A stretch of 61,656 nt of DNA from Bacteroidales bacterium (GTDB taxonomy: Bacteria > Bacteroidota > Bacteroidia > Bacteroidales > F082), in NCBI GenBank assembly GCA_045615125.1, contig JAZLEF010000146.1:1-61656 (forward strand), given 5' to 3'. The position numbers and the translations under genes were made by a program. This document shows, one piece after another, positions 10,313-19,485 of the stretch. The notes below the pieces were generated by a model that was given only the letters and a program-made list of their open reading frames with translations, was not told the origin of the DNA and ran no database searches. Positions within the stretch are counted from its first letter, which is position 1. Each line of letters begins with the position of its first letter.

Positions 10313-11083
10313 TTATTGTTTTTTTACTGTCCATTTGGAAAAATCCACAACGGACTCTGTTTCTTTCTCAATTTTGTCAGGCAGTGATGGGAAGAAATCG
10401 ATATTCGTTATTTCTTCCACTTCGTCGACGCACATAGCGTAAGTCGACATTGGCTGGCGTCCGCTCTTATTTTCATACACAAATCCTATGGTATGTATTT
10501 CGCCATTTTCTTCCTGGAGCAACACCTTGAAGAAAGCCTGAGGCACTACGACTTTATTTTCACCCAGCGTATTTGAGGTGTCGTTAACGATAGGTCCGCA
10601 CACCACGAATATTTTTCCTTTTTGCATAGCGAGGTCGCGAACCTGTTCTTCGAGGTCTTTCCATACGCCGCCGTTGAGGTTAGGATTCTGAGGACAAATA
10701 TTGGAAAGATAGAATGATTCTTTCATAGCCTGTTCATCCCATTTCATATCGGCAGCCGGTGCCATGTGACCTCTGTCGTAACCGGAATATTTGTAGTCGT
10801 CGGTGGTAGCGGTAGCATTTCTCGGCACCATAGGATCAGGTTTGAAACTATTGCTACGAGGATATTCGCCTTCCGCTTCCCAATCGGTAAGCTCGTATGC
10901 GACCCAGTTAGGAATCTTCCAATCGTAATTATATGATACAGTGTAACCTTTATGAGTTATTATTCTGTCGCTTCTCTCGTCAATAATTGACGGAATTTCA
11001 ATATTAACGAGATTTATTTCTTGAGAATATCCTGTTATTATGTAAAAAAACATTAAGATTAGCAATGACGACAACTTTTTCAT
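10313..11083 (-). CDS. secreted DNA/RNA non-specific endonuclease (NucA/Serratia-nuclease family)
   Basis: Signal peptide; catalytic GYDRGHMAPAADM motif. Confidence 0.85.
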   Translation of the reverse strand: MKKLSSLLILMFFYIITGYSQEINLVNIEIPSIIDERSDRIITHKGYTVSYNYDWKIPNWVAYELTDWEAEGEYPRSNSFKPDPMVPRNATATTDDYKYSGYDRGHMAPAADMKWDEQAMKESFYLSNICPQNPNLNGGVWKDLEEQVRDLAMQKGKIFVVCGPIVNDTSNTLGENKVVVPQAFFKVLLQEENGEIHTIGFVYENKSGRQPMSTYAMCVDEVEEITNIDFFPSLPDKIEKETESVVDFSKWTVKKQ

Positions 11084-11099
11084 AAGTATTATTTTTTCA

Positions 11100-11107
11100 C
11101 AAAATTA
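11100..11107 (-). promoter_or_regulatory. -7 promoter box (TAATTTTG on minus strand)
   Basis: CAAAATTA on the plus strand, 16 nt upstream of ATG 11083. Confidence 0.5.
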
Positions 11108-11179
11108 GAAAGAAAATCTTAACATTTTTTAACAATAAAGTTTTGTTCAAAAAATATAATAAATTTTAAGTAAAATATT

Positions 11180-11187
11180 TATCTTTG
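11180..11187 (+). promoter_or_regulatory. -7 promoter box TATCTTTG
   Basis: TAnnTTTG, 40 nt upstream of gpmA. Confidence 0.55.
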
Positions 11188-11227
11188 CAAGTGTAAACAG
11201 AGTCTAATAAACATAAAGAAAACTACA

Positions 11228-11974
11228 ATGAAAAAACTTATTTTAATTCGTCACGGAGAAAGTGAATGGAATAAATTAAATCTTTTTACAGGTTGGACAG
11301 ACGTTGATTTAAGTCCTAAAGGTTTGGAAGAAGCTTTTGAAGCTGGTAAACTTTTGAAACAAGAAAACTACAAACCAGAATTATGTTTCACATCATATTT
11401 AAAAAGAGCTGTTAAGACTTTAAATAATGTTCTCGATGCTATGGACATGGACTGGCTTCCTGTTCAAAAAAGCTGGAGATTAAATGAGAAGAGCTACGGT
11501 GCTATCCAAGGTTTGAACAAAGCTGACACTGCAGCAAAATACGGCGATGAACAAGTTTTGGTATGGCGTCGTTCTTTCGACGTTCAACCACCAGCATTGG
11601 AGATGAACGATCCAAAGAGCCCAAGAATGGATGCTCGTTATGCAGAACTCACCGACGAACAAATTCCTTTGACAGAGTCATTGAAAGATACTATCGAACG
11701 TCTTATGCCTTACTATAACGACGTTATCTTGAAGGCTTTCGAAAACCACGACCAAGTTATGGTTGTTGCTCACGGCAACTCATTGAGAGGTATCGTTAAA
11801 GAACTTCGTGGCATGACAAACGAAGAAATCATCAAGTTCAACATCCCAACAGCTGTTCCTTACGTATTTGAATTTGACGACAACATGAATCTTCAAAACC
11901 ATTTCTTCCTCGGCGACCAAGAAGAAATCAAACGCAAGATGGAAAGCGTAGCTAACCAAGGAAAAGCAAAATAA
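11228..11974 (+). CDS. gpmA: 2,3-bisphosphoglycerate-dependent phosphoglycerate mutase
   Basis: LILIRHGESEWNKLNLFTGWTDVDLS histidine-phosphatase signature; 248 aa. Confidence 0.95.
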   Translation: MKKLILIRHGESEWNKLNLFTGWTDVDLSPKGLEEAFEAGKLLKQENYKPELCFTSYLKRAVKTLNNVLDAMDMDWLPVQKSWRLNEKSYGAIQGLNKADTAAKYGDEQVLVWRRSFDVQPPALEMNDPKSPRMDARYAELTDEQIPLTESLKDTIERLMPYYNDVILKAFENHDQVMVVAHGNSLRGIVKELRGMTNEEIIKFNIPTAVPYVFEFDDNMNLQNHFFLGDQEEIKRKMESVANQGKAK

Positions 11975-12000
11975 ATTGACAATTAAAAATTGACAATTAA
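11974..12000. repeat. direct repeat AATTGACAATTAA x2 (period 14)
   Basis: Starts on the last base of the gpmA stop codon. Confidence 0.8.
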
Positions 12001-12021
12001 CAACCAGCATTAATACAAGCT

Positions 12022-12723
12022 ATGAAGAATCGATGGGTTATTCCGGATGTTCATGGATATCTCATGACATTGAAATATTTGGTTGAAGACAGAATAGCTC
12101 TGTCTAAATCAGACGCTCTTTATTTCCTCGGCGACTATATCGACCGTGGACCTAACAGCAAAGGAGTGATAGATTTCATCATGAGTCTGCAAAACTCAGG
12201 CTTTGAGGTACATTGTATCAGAGGCAACCACGAAGACTATTGCATCAGAGCGTGGGAAGCCGACCAAAAAAGATTCCTGTTCCGCAGCCCTATAGAAAAA
12301 GACTGGTGTAACAACGGCGGCACCAAGACAATGGAGAGCTTCGGCGCAAAACGTCCACGCGATATTAACGAACGTTATATCGAATGGATGAAAAAAGCTG
12401 AATATTACATAGAACTGGAAGAATATATTTTGGTACATGCCGGCATGAACTTCAAAATAGACAACCCTTTCGACGACACAAGAAGCATGATGTGGATTAG
12501 AGACTTCAGCGTGGATAAGAACAAAACCGCTGGAAAAAAAGTCATCCACGGCCATGTCCCAGTCGAAATGACACTCATCGATTTATTCCGCGACAACAAC
12601 TACGATTTCCTTTCGTTAGACAACGGAATATATTACAAGAACAAAGACGGATTCGGTAATCTGCTGGCTTTTAATATCGACACTAAAGAAATAATAATCC
12701 AACATAATATCGACTCCATATAA
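12022..12723 (+). CDS. metallophosphoesterase (Ser/Thr phosphatase / ApaH-like family)
   Basis: GDYIDRGPNS ... RGNHE ... HGH motifs. Confidence 0.8.
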   Translation: MKNRWVIPDVHGYLMTLKYLVEDRIALSKSDALYFLGDYIDRGPNSKGVIDFIMSLQNSGFEVHCIRGNHEDYCIRAWEADQKRFLFRSPIEKDWCNNGGTKTMESFGAKRPRDINERYIEWMKKAEYYIELEEYILVHAGMNFKIDNPFDDTRSMMWIRDFSVDKNKTAGKKVIHGHVPVEMTLIDLFRDNNYDFLSLDNGIYYKNKDGFGNLLAFNIDTKEIIIQHNIDSI

Positions 12724-13382
12724 TGAATCCTTATATCAATATACATACTCATCAACATAATATTGATAAAGATTTCATTGAAATAATTAACATCGACACT
12801 GAGGAATCTCTCAATGTCGATGTTCCTTTTTTGTATAGCGTCGGCATTCACCCGTGGAATGTGAAACACGGACAAGGGATAACGAATGATGGATGGCATA
12901 ATTTCGCCGATACTAAACTCATGGCAATAGGTGAATGTGGCATTGACAGAGCTTGCGATTCTGACTTAGAGCAACAGAAATATTTTTTCTTAAAACAGAT
13001 AGAGATTTCGGAACAATATCATAAGCCTATGATAATTCATGCGGTGCGTTCGCATTCCGATATTCTGTCAATAAGAAAAGAAACAAAAGCTAAGATGCCT
13101 TGGATAATACACGGATTTCAAGGCAATGAGCAAACATGCAAGCAACTTCTTAGACATAATGAAATATACCTCTCGCTCGGTGATGTCTTGTTTAGAAACG
13201 AGAGACGTGCGACAGAACTTCTTAAGATTATTCCTTCGGAGAGACTGTTTCTTGAGACCGATGTCAGCGAGATAAGTATAGCAGATGTTTATGAAAAAGC
13301 GGCACTTTTATCGGGACGTAGTTTGGCTGATTTGAGAAGCGATATTTTTAATAACTTTGTAAAAATTTTTGGAAAGATATGA
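12723..13382 (+). CDS. TatD-family metal-dependent hydrolase
   Basis: NIHTHQ N-terminal metal motif, 219 aa, tightly coupled to both neighbours. Confidence 0.7.
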   Translation: MNPYINIHTHQHNIDKDFIEIINIDTEESLNVDVPFLYSVGIHPWNVKHGQGITNDGWHNFADTKLMAIGECGIDRACDSDLEQQKYFFLKQIEISEQYHKPMIIHAVRSHSDILSIRKETKAKMPWIIHGFQGNEQTCKQLLRHNEIYLSLGDVLFRNERRATELLKIIPSERLFLETDVSEISIADVYEKAALLSGRSLADLRSDIFNNFVKIFGKI

Positions 13383-14092
13383 ATTGGAATTCAAGGACAC
13401 AGTTATTGGTTGGAGAAGAAGGCGTCAAGAAGTTGGCGTCGAGTCACGTTCTCGTCGTAGGATTGGGTGGTGTAGGCGCATACGCTGCAGAACAGTTGGC
13501 GCGTGCAGGAATAGGAAAGCTCACCATCGTTGATTGCGACACCGTCAATATCACCAATAAGAACAGACAGCTCCTAGCTTTAGACAGCACCATCGGCCGC
13601 CCTAAAGTGGAAGTGATGGCAGAACGTATCCGCGACATCAACCCCGATGTTGAAGTGATTCCAATAAATCAATATCTCAAAGACCAGCCTATCATCGACT
13701 TGATGGAGCAGAAATTTGATTTCGTTGTAGATGCCATCGACACTCTCGCACCAAAAGTATTCCTTCTTTATTACGCAGTACAGAACAAACAGAACATCGT
13801 CAGCTGCATGGGAGCCGGTGGTAAGTTCGACCCTACCAAAATAGAAATCGACGACATCTCTAAATCACACAACTGCCGTTTGGCATTCTACATAAGGAAG
13901 AGATTACATCGCCTCGGAATACGCGAAGGAATAACTGTGGTGTTCTCACCTGAAAAAGTAGCGGAAAGCGCAGTATCTATAGAAGAACAAACCGAAAACA
14001 AGATTGCGACAGTAGGGACTATATCATACATGCCGGCTATATTCGGATGCTTCTGCGCATCACACGTCATCAGAAAAATTTTAGAAGATTAG
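13379..14092 (+). CDS. tcdA: tRNA threonylcarbamoyladenosine dehydratase (ThiF/E1-like)
   Basis: VLVVGLGGVGAYAAEQLARAGIGKLTIVDCDTVNITNKNRQ. Confidence 0.85.
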   Translation: MNWNSRTQLLVGEEGVKKLASSHVLVVGLGGVGAYAAEQLARAGIGKLTIVDCDTVNITNKNRQLLALDSTIGRPKVEVMAERIRDINPDVEVIPINQYLKDQPIIDLMEQKFDFVVDAIDTLAPKVFLLYYAVQNKQNIVSCMGAGGKFDPTKIEIDDISKSHNCRLAFYIRKRLHRLGIREGITVVFSPEKVAESAVSIEEQTENKIATVGTISYMPAIFGCFCASHVIRKILED

Positions 14093-14114
14093 AATTTGGG
14101 GAAAAATAAAACAT

Positions 14115-14122
14115 TATATTTG
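14115..14122 (+). promoter_or_regulatory. -7 promoter box TATATTTG
   Basis: TAnnTTTG, 39 nt upstream of the restriction gene. Confidence 0.5.
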
Positions 14123-14161
14123 CCATAAACATAAAACACAAAGAATTAAACACCATAAGAT

Positions 14162-15037
14162 ATGAAATATACAGACTTACGAACTCTTATCCGGGAAAAA
14201 TCAAATTTAGATTTTACAAAAGCCAGCAATGATTTACAAGATATTTTATTTAGTATAGACAAAACAGATATTTTATCTTTAATAACAGAAATAGGAATCA
14301 TTCCTGAAGATATCTTGCACGATTCATCTGAAGAAAAACTATACACAAAAGTATCTGACATCTTATTCGCTAAAGCTCTTAAAGAGATGAACTTTGAGGT
14401 TAGTGTTTTGAGAGAACGTTCCAATTGTGCGGATATTATAGCTCAAAGCAAGTATCATAATTATTCTTTAGTCGGAGATGCAAAATCATTTAGACTAAGT
14501 CGAACAGCTAAAAATGCTAAAGATTTTAAAGTAGATTCTATGGATAAGTGGAGAAAAGATAACGATTTTTCTGTCTTAGTTTGTCCTTATTTTCAATATC
14601 CAAAGAAGGAGAGCCAAATTTATCGGGACGCACTTGATGAAAATGTATCTCTATTTTCATGGGAGTATCTATACATTATACTATCCAACGACATTAAAGA
14701 AAGTAATGATATAGATTTACGAGAACTATGGAATCAGAGTTACAATATTATGCAACATACCAATATGGCAGATGCGAAGAAATGTTTTATTCAACAACAA
14801 GATATCAATATTAGAAAAATCATTGGGTTGACAGAGGAACAATTTGACAATTATTTCAGTAACATAAAAAATTCTATCGTTAACAGAGGCGATGAAGAAA
14901 TTAGATATTACGAGTCTGAAATATCTAGAATCAAAAAATTAAACCGAGAAGAAGCTATTAAAGAACTTCTCTCCTCCATGAAACTAAACTCTAAAATTGA
15001 TACTATCAGAAAATTTATAAATCAAGTACAGAAATGA
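14162..15037 (+). CDS. type II restriction endonuclease, HindIII family
   Basis: PD-(D/E)xK block CADIIAQSKYHNYSLVGDAKSFRLSRTAKNAKDFKV (D91 ... D106-A-K108, 15-residue spacing). LFSWEYL and REEAIKELL blocks match my recollection of R.HindIII. ATGA overlap with the methylase gene. Confidence 0.65.
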   Translation: MKYTDLRTLIREKSNLDFTKASNDLQDILFSIDKTDILSLITEIGIIPEDILHDSSEEKLYTKVSDILFAKALKEMNFEVSVLRERSNCADIIAQSKYHNYSLVGDAKSFRLSRTAKNAKDFKVDSMDKWRKDNDFSVLVCPYFQYPKKESQIYRDALDENVSLFSWEYLYIILSNDIKESNDIDLRELWNQSYNIMQHTNMADAKKCFIQQQDINIRKIIGLTEEQFDNYFSNIKNSIVNRGDEEIRYYESEISRIKKLNREEAIKELLSSMKLNSKIDTIRKFINQVQK

Positions 15038-15864
15038 TCAACGATTATATAGATAAAATTATTAACGGGAATTGTGTAGATATAATGAAAAATATACCAG
15101 ACAATTCCATTGATATGTGTATCACATCGCCACCGTATGACAATTTAAGGACGTATAAGGGTTTTGTTTTTCCATTTGACGATATAGTAAAGCAGTTATA
15201 TAGAATCACAAAAGACGGAGGAGTCGTTGTATGGATTGTTTGTGATGCTACAATTAATGGAAGCGAAACCTGTACTAGTTTTAAACAAGCTATTAAATTT
15301 GTTGATGCTGGATTTAATTTACACGACACCATGATATTCAAAAAAACAAATCCAGTTCCACAAATATATAGGAAACGTTATAACAACGAGTTTGAATATA
15401 TGTTTGTGTTTTCAAAAGGAGCAGTAGCAACACATCACGCACTCAAGATGCCTTGTCTACACGCAGGATTAGAATTAAAAGGTACTACATATAAAAATTA
15501 TTCTAAGGGAGAACAGAAAAGAGGGAAATTAGCCAATCCTGTAAAATCAGAAAAAATTAAAGGAAATATATGGGAATATGTTGTTGGGAAAAAAGCCGTT
15601 GATCAAGAAGCAAAAAATCATCCTGCACCATTCCCTTATGACTTAGCCAAAGATCATATTCTTTCATGGAGCAATGAAAATGATATAGTACTCGACCCTA
15701 TGTGTGGTAGTGGAACTTCTTGTGTTGCGGCTTATGACAATAACCGCAGATTCATAGGCATCGATATTTGTAAAGAATATTGTGATTTATCTAATGAAAG
15801 AATAGAGAAACATATACACGATTTTGGAGTATTCGGCACTCTTAATTTAGCTGTTAATTTATAA
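15034..15864 (+). CDS. beta-class DNA amino-methyltransferase (N6-A or N4-C)
   Basis: Motif IV SPPY (aa 32-35) precedes motif I DPMCGSGTS; ParB-less stand-alone MTase. Confidence 0.85.
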   Translation: MINDYIDKIINGNCVDIMKNIPDNSIDMCITSPPYDNLRTYKGFVFPFDDIVKQLYRITKDGGVVVWIVCDATINGSETCTSFKQAIKFVDAGFNLHDTMIFKKTNPVPQIYRKRYNNEFEYMFVFSKGAVATHHALKMPCLHAGLELKGTTYKNYSKGEQKRGKLANPVKSEKIKGNIWEYVVGKKAVDQEAKNHPAPFPYDLAKDHILSWSNENDIVLDPMCGSGTSCVAAYDNNRRFIGIDICKEYCDLSNERIEKHIHDFGVFGTLNLAVNL

Positions 15865-15899
15865 TAAAGCCACCGATTTCTCCAAAATTTATCTTACCC

Positions 15900-16658
15900 T
15901 CATCCTGTAACTAAGAACACCAAGTCGTCTTTTTCTTCGACTTTTTTCTCGATAGCCGAGATGAAATAGGTGCGACGCGATGTCGAATTTAACAATGTTC
16001 TGGCACTGTTGAAATCGCCAAGCTGACGATACATCTCTATGATGTCGAGATTTGTTGCTTCAAATTCCTCGTCATCAGGAGTGAACCGGTCCTTAAGAAG
16101 ATTAACCAAGTTGCCAAGATTTTCCAGATAATCATCATGATGATCCATGAACATCTCATATCCTTGCAATATCTTCTTTCTATTTCTCCACCACACTTTG
16201 AAGCTCATCTCTTTTGAGGTATAACGCTCTATATCGATTTGATATATATTTCTTACCAAATCATTATAAGCCCACCACATCATACGACGAAAATAAATCT
16301 CCTGATCTCTGTCGTAATCCGATTTGGCGAGAAAGTTTTTATAATGATTGACGAGAGCCAATCGTCCTTCGTTGCTTCCGAAGTGAACGCCATAGAAACG
16401 CCAGCTGTTCCAGGTGTAGTAGCTCTCTGAAGGCTTCGATTTTATGATATGAGGTTCTGAATATTTATCGACCCATGACCAGTGATTACAAGCAGGGCAC
16501 ACTATCATTCTTTGATATTCGGTAATATATCCGTCGTTCAGTATCTTACCGTCAGAATATAAGATAGACTGGTTGACCATAGAAGATATTAGGAGATGGC
16601 CTTCCATCCATGACTTACATCTTGGGCATTGATAATAGAAAGTATCGAACTTTATCAT
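15900..16658 (-). CDS. hypothetical protein with N-terminal CxxC...CxxC zinc-ribbon and helical C-terminal half
   Basis: CPRC (aa 11-14) and CPAC (aa 54-57); no family recognised. Confidence 0.5.
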   Translation of the reverse strand: MIKFDTFYYQCPRCKSWMEGHLLISSMVNQSILYSDGKILNDGYITEYQRMIVCPACNHWSWVDKYSEPHIIKSKPSESYYTWNSWRFYGVHFGSNEGRLALVNHYKNFLAKSDYDRDQEIYFRRMMWWAYNDLVRNIYQIDIERYTSKEMSFKVWWRNRKKILQGYEMFMDHHDDYLENLGNLVNLLKDRFTPDDEEFEATNLDIIEMYRQLGDFNSARTLLNSTSRRTYFISAIEKKVEEKDDLVFLVTG

Positions 16659-16676
16659 GAGTCAATTTTATTTTTG

Positions 16677-16684
16677 CAAATATA
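16677..16684 (-). promoter_or_regulatory. -7 promoter box (TATATTTG on minus strand)
   Basis: CAAATATA on the plus strand, squeezed between the rnhA stop (16687) and ATG 16658. Confidence 0.5.
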
Positions 16685-16686
16685 AA

Positions 16687-17319
16687 TTATTTTCTTCCGA
16701 AGTCAGCTGGAATCTCACCCCAAATTTCTGTTCTCCATTTGTATATTGGCACGCGGAAAGAATTTTCTTTAAGCCATCTCTCCGCCCATCGTATCACCTC
16801 AAAGAGAGGTTTGTTCTTATCATTTTCAGCAACCTTAGTCTTACATATTCCCTCTCTCACCCATTTCTGCGCGTTGACAGAATCGGAATAGATAGGATAG
16901 CTGAGTTTGTTTTTCTTTTGCCATGCAAGACAATAGACTATGGCAAGGAACTCGCCTATATTGTTGGAGCCGTGTTCATATACTGGACTTTTGAAAAGAT
17001 GTGTGTTAGTCTCTACAAAGACACCCTGAAACTCCATCTTGCCAGGATTACCAGAACAGGCAGCATCGACGGCTATACTCTGACCTATCGGTCTTTGATT
17101 CTCTGGCAAGCTCTCATACGATGGCTGGCTGGCAGCCGAGGCTTGCTGACTGCATGACTCATAGCCAGCTCTAAACGCATTCTCAGCACTCGCCCTGTCA
17201 GGAAACGATTTATACTGCGCTCCTTTAAAACCTTCTATCTGCATCTTACACGAATCCCATGTGCTGAAGACACCGATTTCTCTTCCTTTCCAAACTACGT
17301 AAAACTTATTTTTTGCCAT
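16687..17319 (-). CDS. rnhA: ribonuclease HI with N-terminal RNase H1/viroplasmin-type hybrid-binding domain
   Basis: FYVVWKGREIGVFSTWDSCKMQIEGFKGAQYKSF N-domain, linker, then RNase H core. Confidence 0.85.
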   Translation of the reverse strand: MAKNKFYVVWKGREIGVFSTWDSCKMQIEGFKGAQYKSFPDRASAENAFRAGYESCSQQASAASQPSYESLPENQRPIGQSIAVDAACSGNPGKMEFQGVFVETNTHLFKSPVYEHGSNNIGEFLAIVYCLAWQKKNKLSYPIYSDSVNAQKWVREGICKTKVAENDKNKPLFEVIRWAERWLKENSFRVPIYKWRTEIWGEIPADFGRK

Positions 17320-17323
17320 GCTG

Positions 17324-17331
17324 CAAAAGTA
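17324..17331 (-). promoter_or_regulatory. -7 promoter box (TACTTTTG on minus strand), only 4 nt before the ATG
   Basis: CAAAAGTA on the plus strand; rnhA ATG at 17319. Confidence 0.5.
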
Positions 17332-17431
17332 ACAAAGATTTCAATAAATAAATCTCAACTAGCACAAAAAAAAGACTTTAAAATTAACAAAGTTTTAATT
17401 TTTTTTCGTAAACTTGCATGGATAAATATGA

Positions 17432-18580
17432 ATGTATATAAAGTCAATGAGAGATATAATTTTTTCTGTTTATAAATATAGAAACACACTAGCAGGTATT
17501 TTGTTTGTGATGTGTTTTATGTTCCTTTTACCTTATCATTCCACGGCTAGCAGCAGTCATCAAAATGACATAGAGTCTGAAGTTGAAGAGAAGCTAGATG
17601 CAGGCGCACTTATCTTCGATCACATCTTAGACTCATACGATTGGCACATCTGTACATGGAAAGGCAAGCACATCACGATAAACCTTCCTATAATAGTTTT
17701 CTGCGAAGGTGAGTTATATACATTCTCATCAAAACATCTGCATCACGGACATGAATATGTTACACAGAACAAGCATGGTGAAGATGTCGTATTTAAAATC
17801 CCAGATGAAGGAAAATTCGAAGGCAAAGTGGTAATAGTAGGAAAAGATGATTCTCTTACTCGTCCTTTCGACATTTCCATCACAAAGACAGTATGCGGTT
17901 TATTTATCTCGTGTACTCTTCTCGTCCTGATATTTTTGATTGTTGCAAAATCGTATCGTCAACGTGAAGAGCGAGCACCCAAAGGCTTACAAGCTCTGAT
18001 AGAGCCTCTTGTCATTTATGTCAGAGATGAAATTGCCAAGCCTAATATCGGTAAAGATTATGAGAAATATCTGCCATATCTTCTGACAGTATTTTTCTTT
18101 ATCATCTTCAACAACCTCTTAGGTCTTATTCCATTCTTCCCTTTTGGTGCTAACATTACAGGTAATATCGCAGTGACTGCGACGCTCGCATTATTTACAT
18201 TTTTCATCACACATCTGACAGGAAAGAGACATTATTACAAAGACATCTTCAACACTCCCGGTGTTCCTTGGTGGTTAAAGTTTCCATTGCCATTGATGCC
18301 AATAGTGGAAGTTGTAGGCTGTTTCGTAAAGCCATTCGTTTTGGCTATTCGTCTCTTTGCCAATATCACTGCAGGTCACATCGTGATATTGGGTTTCGTA
18401 TGTATGATATTCATTCTTGGCGAGATGAGTGCAGCAGCAGGAGGAGCAGTGTCGGTGGTTTCACTGCTACTCGCTATTTTTGTCGATTGTCTTGAGTTGT
18501 TGGTAGCCTTCATTCAAGCATACGTATTTACATTATTGTCATCATTATATTTTGGCGCGGCAGCCAAAGAAGAACATTAA
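17432..18580 (+). CDS. atpB: F0F1 ATP synthase subunit a (long Bacteroidota-type N-terminal extension)
   Basis: C-terminal LAIRLFANITAGH motif; first gene of the atp cluster. Confidence 0.9.
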   Translation: MYIKSMRDIIFSVYKYRNTLAGILFVMCFMFLLPYHSTASSSHQNDIESEVEEKLDAGALIFDHILDSYDWHICTWKGKHITINLPIIVFCEGELYTFSSKHLHHGHEYVTQNKHGEDVVFKIPDEGKFEGKVVIVGKDDSLTRPFDISITKTVCGLFISCTLLVLIFLIVAKSYRQREERAPKGLQALIEPLVIYVRDEIAKPNIGKDYEKYLPYLLTVFFFIIFNNLLGLIPFFPFGANITGNIAVTATLALFTFFITHLTGKRHYYKDIFNTPGVPWWLKFPLPLMPIVEVVGCFVKPFVLAIRLFANITAGHIVILGFVCMIFILGEMSAAAGGAVSVVSLLLAIFVDCLELLVAFIQAYVFTLLSSLYFGAAAKEEH

Positions 18581-18618
18581 GAATTTAATAAATTAAAAAC
18601 CTTATAAATTTATAAGTT

Positions 18619-18888
18619 ATGTCATTATTAGTTTTATTACAAGATGTAGTTCAGGCAGCTGTTGACTTAGCTCCTTTGGCAAAATTAGGTGCTGCATTAG
18701 CAGCAGGTATCGTTACATTTGGTGCCGGTTTAGGTATCAGTAAGATTGCCACCTCAGCATTAGAGTCATCAGCACGTCAGCCTGAAATAGCAGATAAAGC
18801 TCAAACAAGCATGCTCATCTCAGCAGCATTCGTTGAAGGTGTTTCATTGTTTGCTTTGGTTGTCTGCTTGCTGATTGGTATCGCTTAA
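18619..18888 (+). CDS. atpE: ATP synthase subunit c
   Basis: 89-aa two-helix proteolipid, AAFVEGVSLFALV. Confidence 0.9.
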   Translation: MSLLVLLQDVVQAAVDLAPLAKLGAALAAGIVTFGAGLGISKIATSALESSARQPEIADKAQTSMLISAAFVEGVSLFALVVCLLIGIA

Positions 18889-18903
18889 TCAGTTACAGTT
18901 ACT

Positions 18904-18930
18904 GTCGTTGCAGCGGTTGGCTGCAACGAC
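18904..18930 (+). promoter_or_regulatory. intra-operon GC-rich stem-loop between atpE and atpF
   Basis: 11-bp perfect stem gtcgttgcagc/gctgcaacgac, loop ggttg, no T tract. Confidence 0.6.
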
Positions 18931-18979
18931 ATAATTTAAATGAGTAAAAAAATACATTATCAACTATACGTTATAAATT

Positions 18980-19483
18980 ATGGAATTAATAACTCCCGAT
19001 TTTGGTTTGTTGTTTTGGATGACCTTGGCATTCGGAATAGTGTTTTTTATCTTAGCTAAGTTTGCCTTTCCTGTCATCAGCGAGATGTTGAAGAAACGTG
19101 AGGACGAGATTAACAACGCTCTCGAAAAAGCACAGCGTACCCACAAAGAGATGGAACAACTACAAGCCGACAACGAGATTATCATGGCGAAGGCACGCGA
19201 AGAAAAAGACAAGATGTTACTCGAGGCTCGTCAAAAATATGACCAATTTATTGAAGACGCAAAAATCAAAGCCAACGAAGAGAAAGAACGCATCATAACA
19301 AGTGCGAAAGAAACCATAGAACATGATAGAATGGCTGCCACCACAGATATTAAAAATCAGATAGCTGACATCTCTATAAAGGTAGCTGAAAAAATACTTC
19401 AAAAGAAACTTGACTCCAATCAAGAACAACTTGATTATATTAATAGACTTTTAGAAGAAATAGAAAATAAAAACCAAAAATAA
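18980..19483 (+). CDS. atpF: ATP synthase subunit b
   Basis: One N-terminal TM helix, then a long charged helix. Confidence 0.85.
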   Translation: MELITPDFGLLFWMTLAFGIVFFILAKFAFPVISEMLKKREDEINNALEKAQRTHKEMEQLQADNEIIMAKAREEKDKMLLEARQKYDQFIEDAKIKANEEKERIITSAKETIEHDRMAATTDIKNQIADISIKVAEKILQKKLDSNQEQLDYINRLLEEIENKNQK

Positions 19484-19485
19484 AT

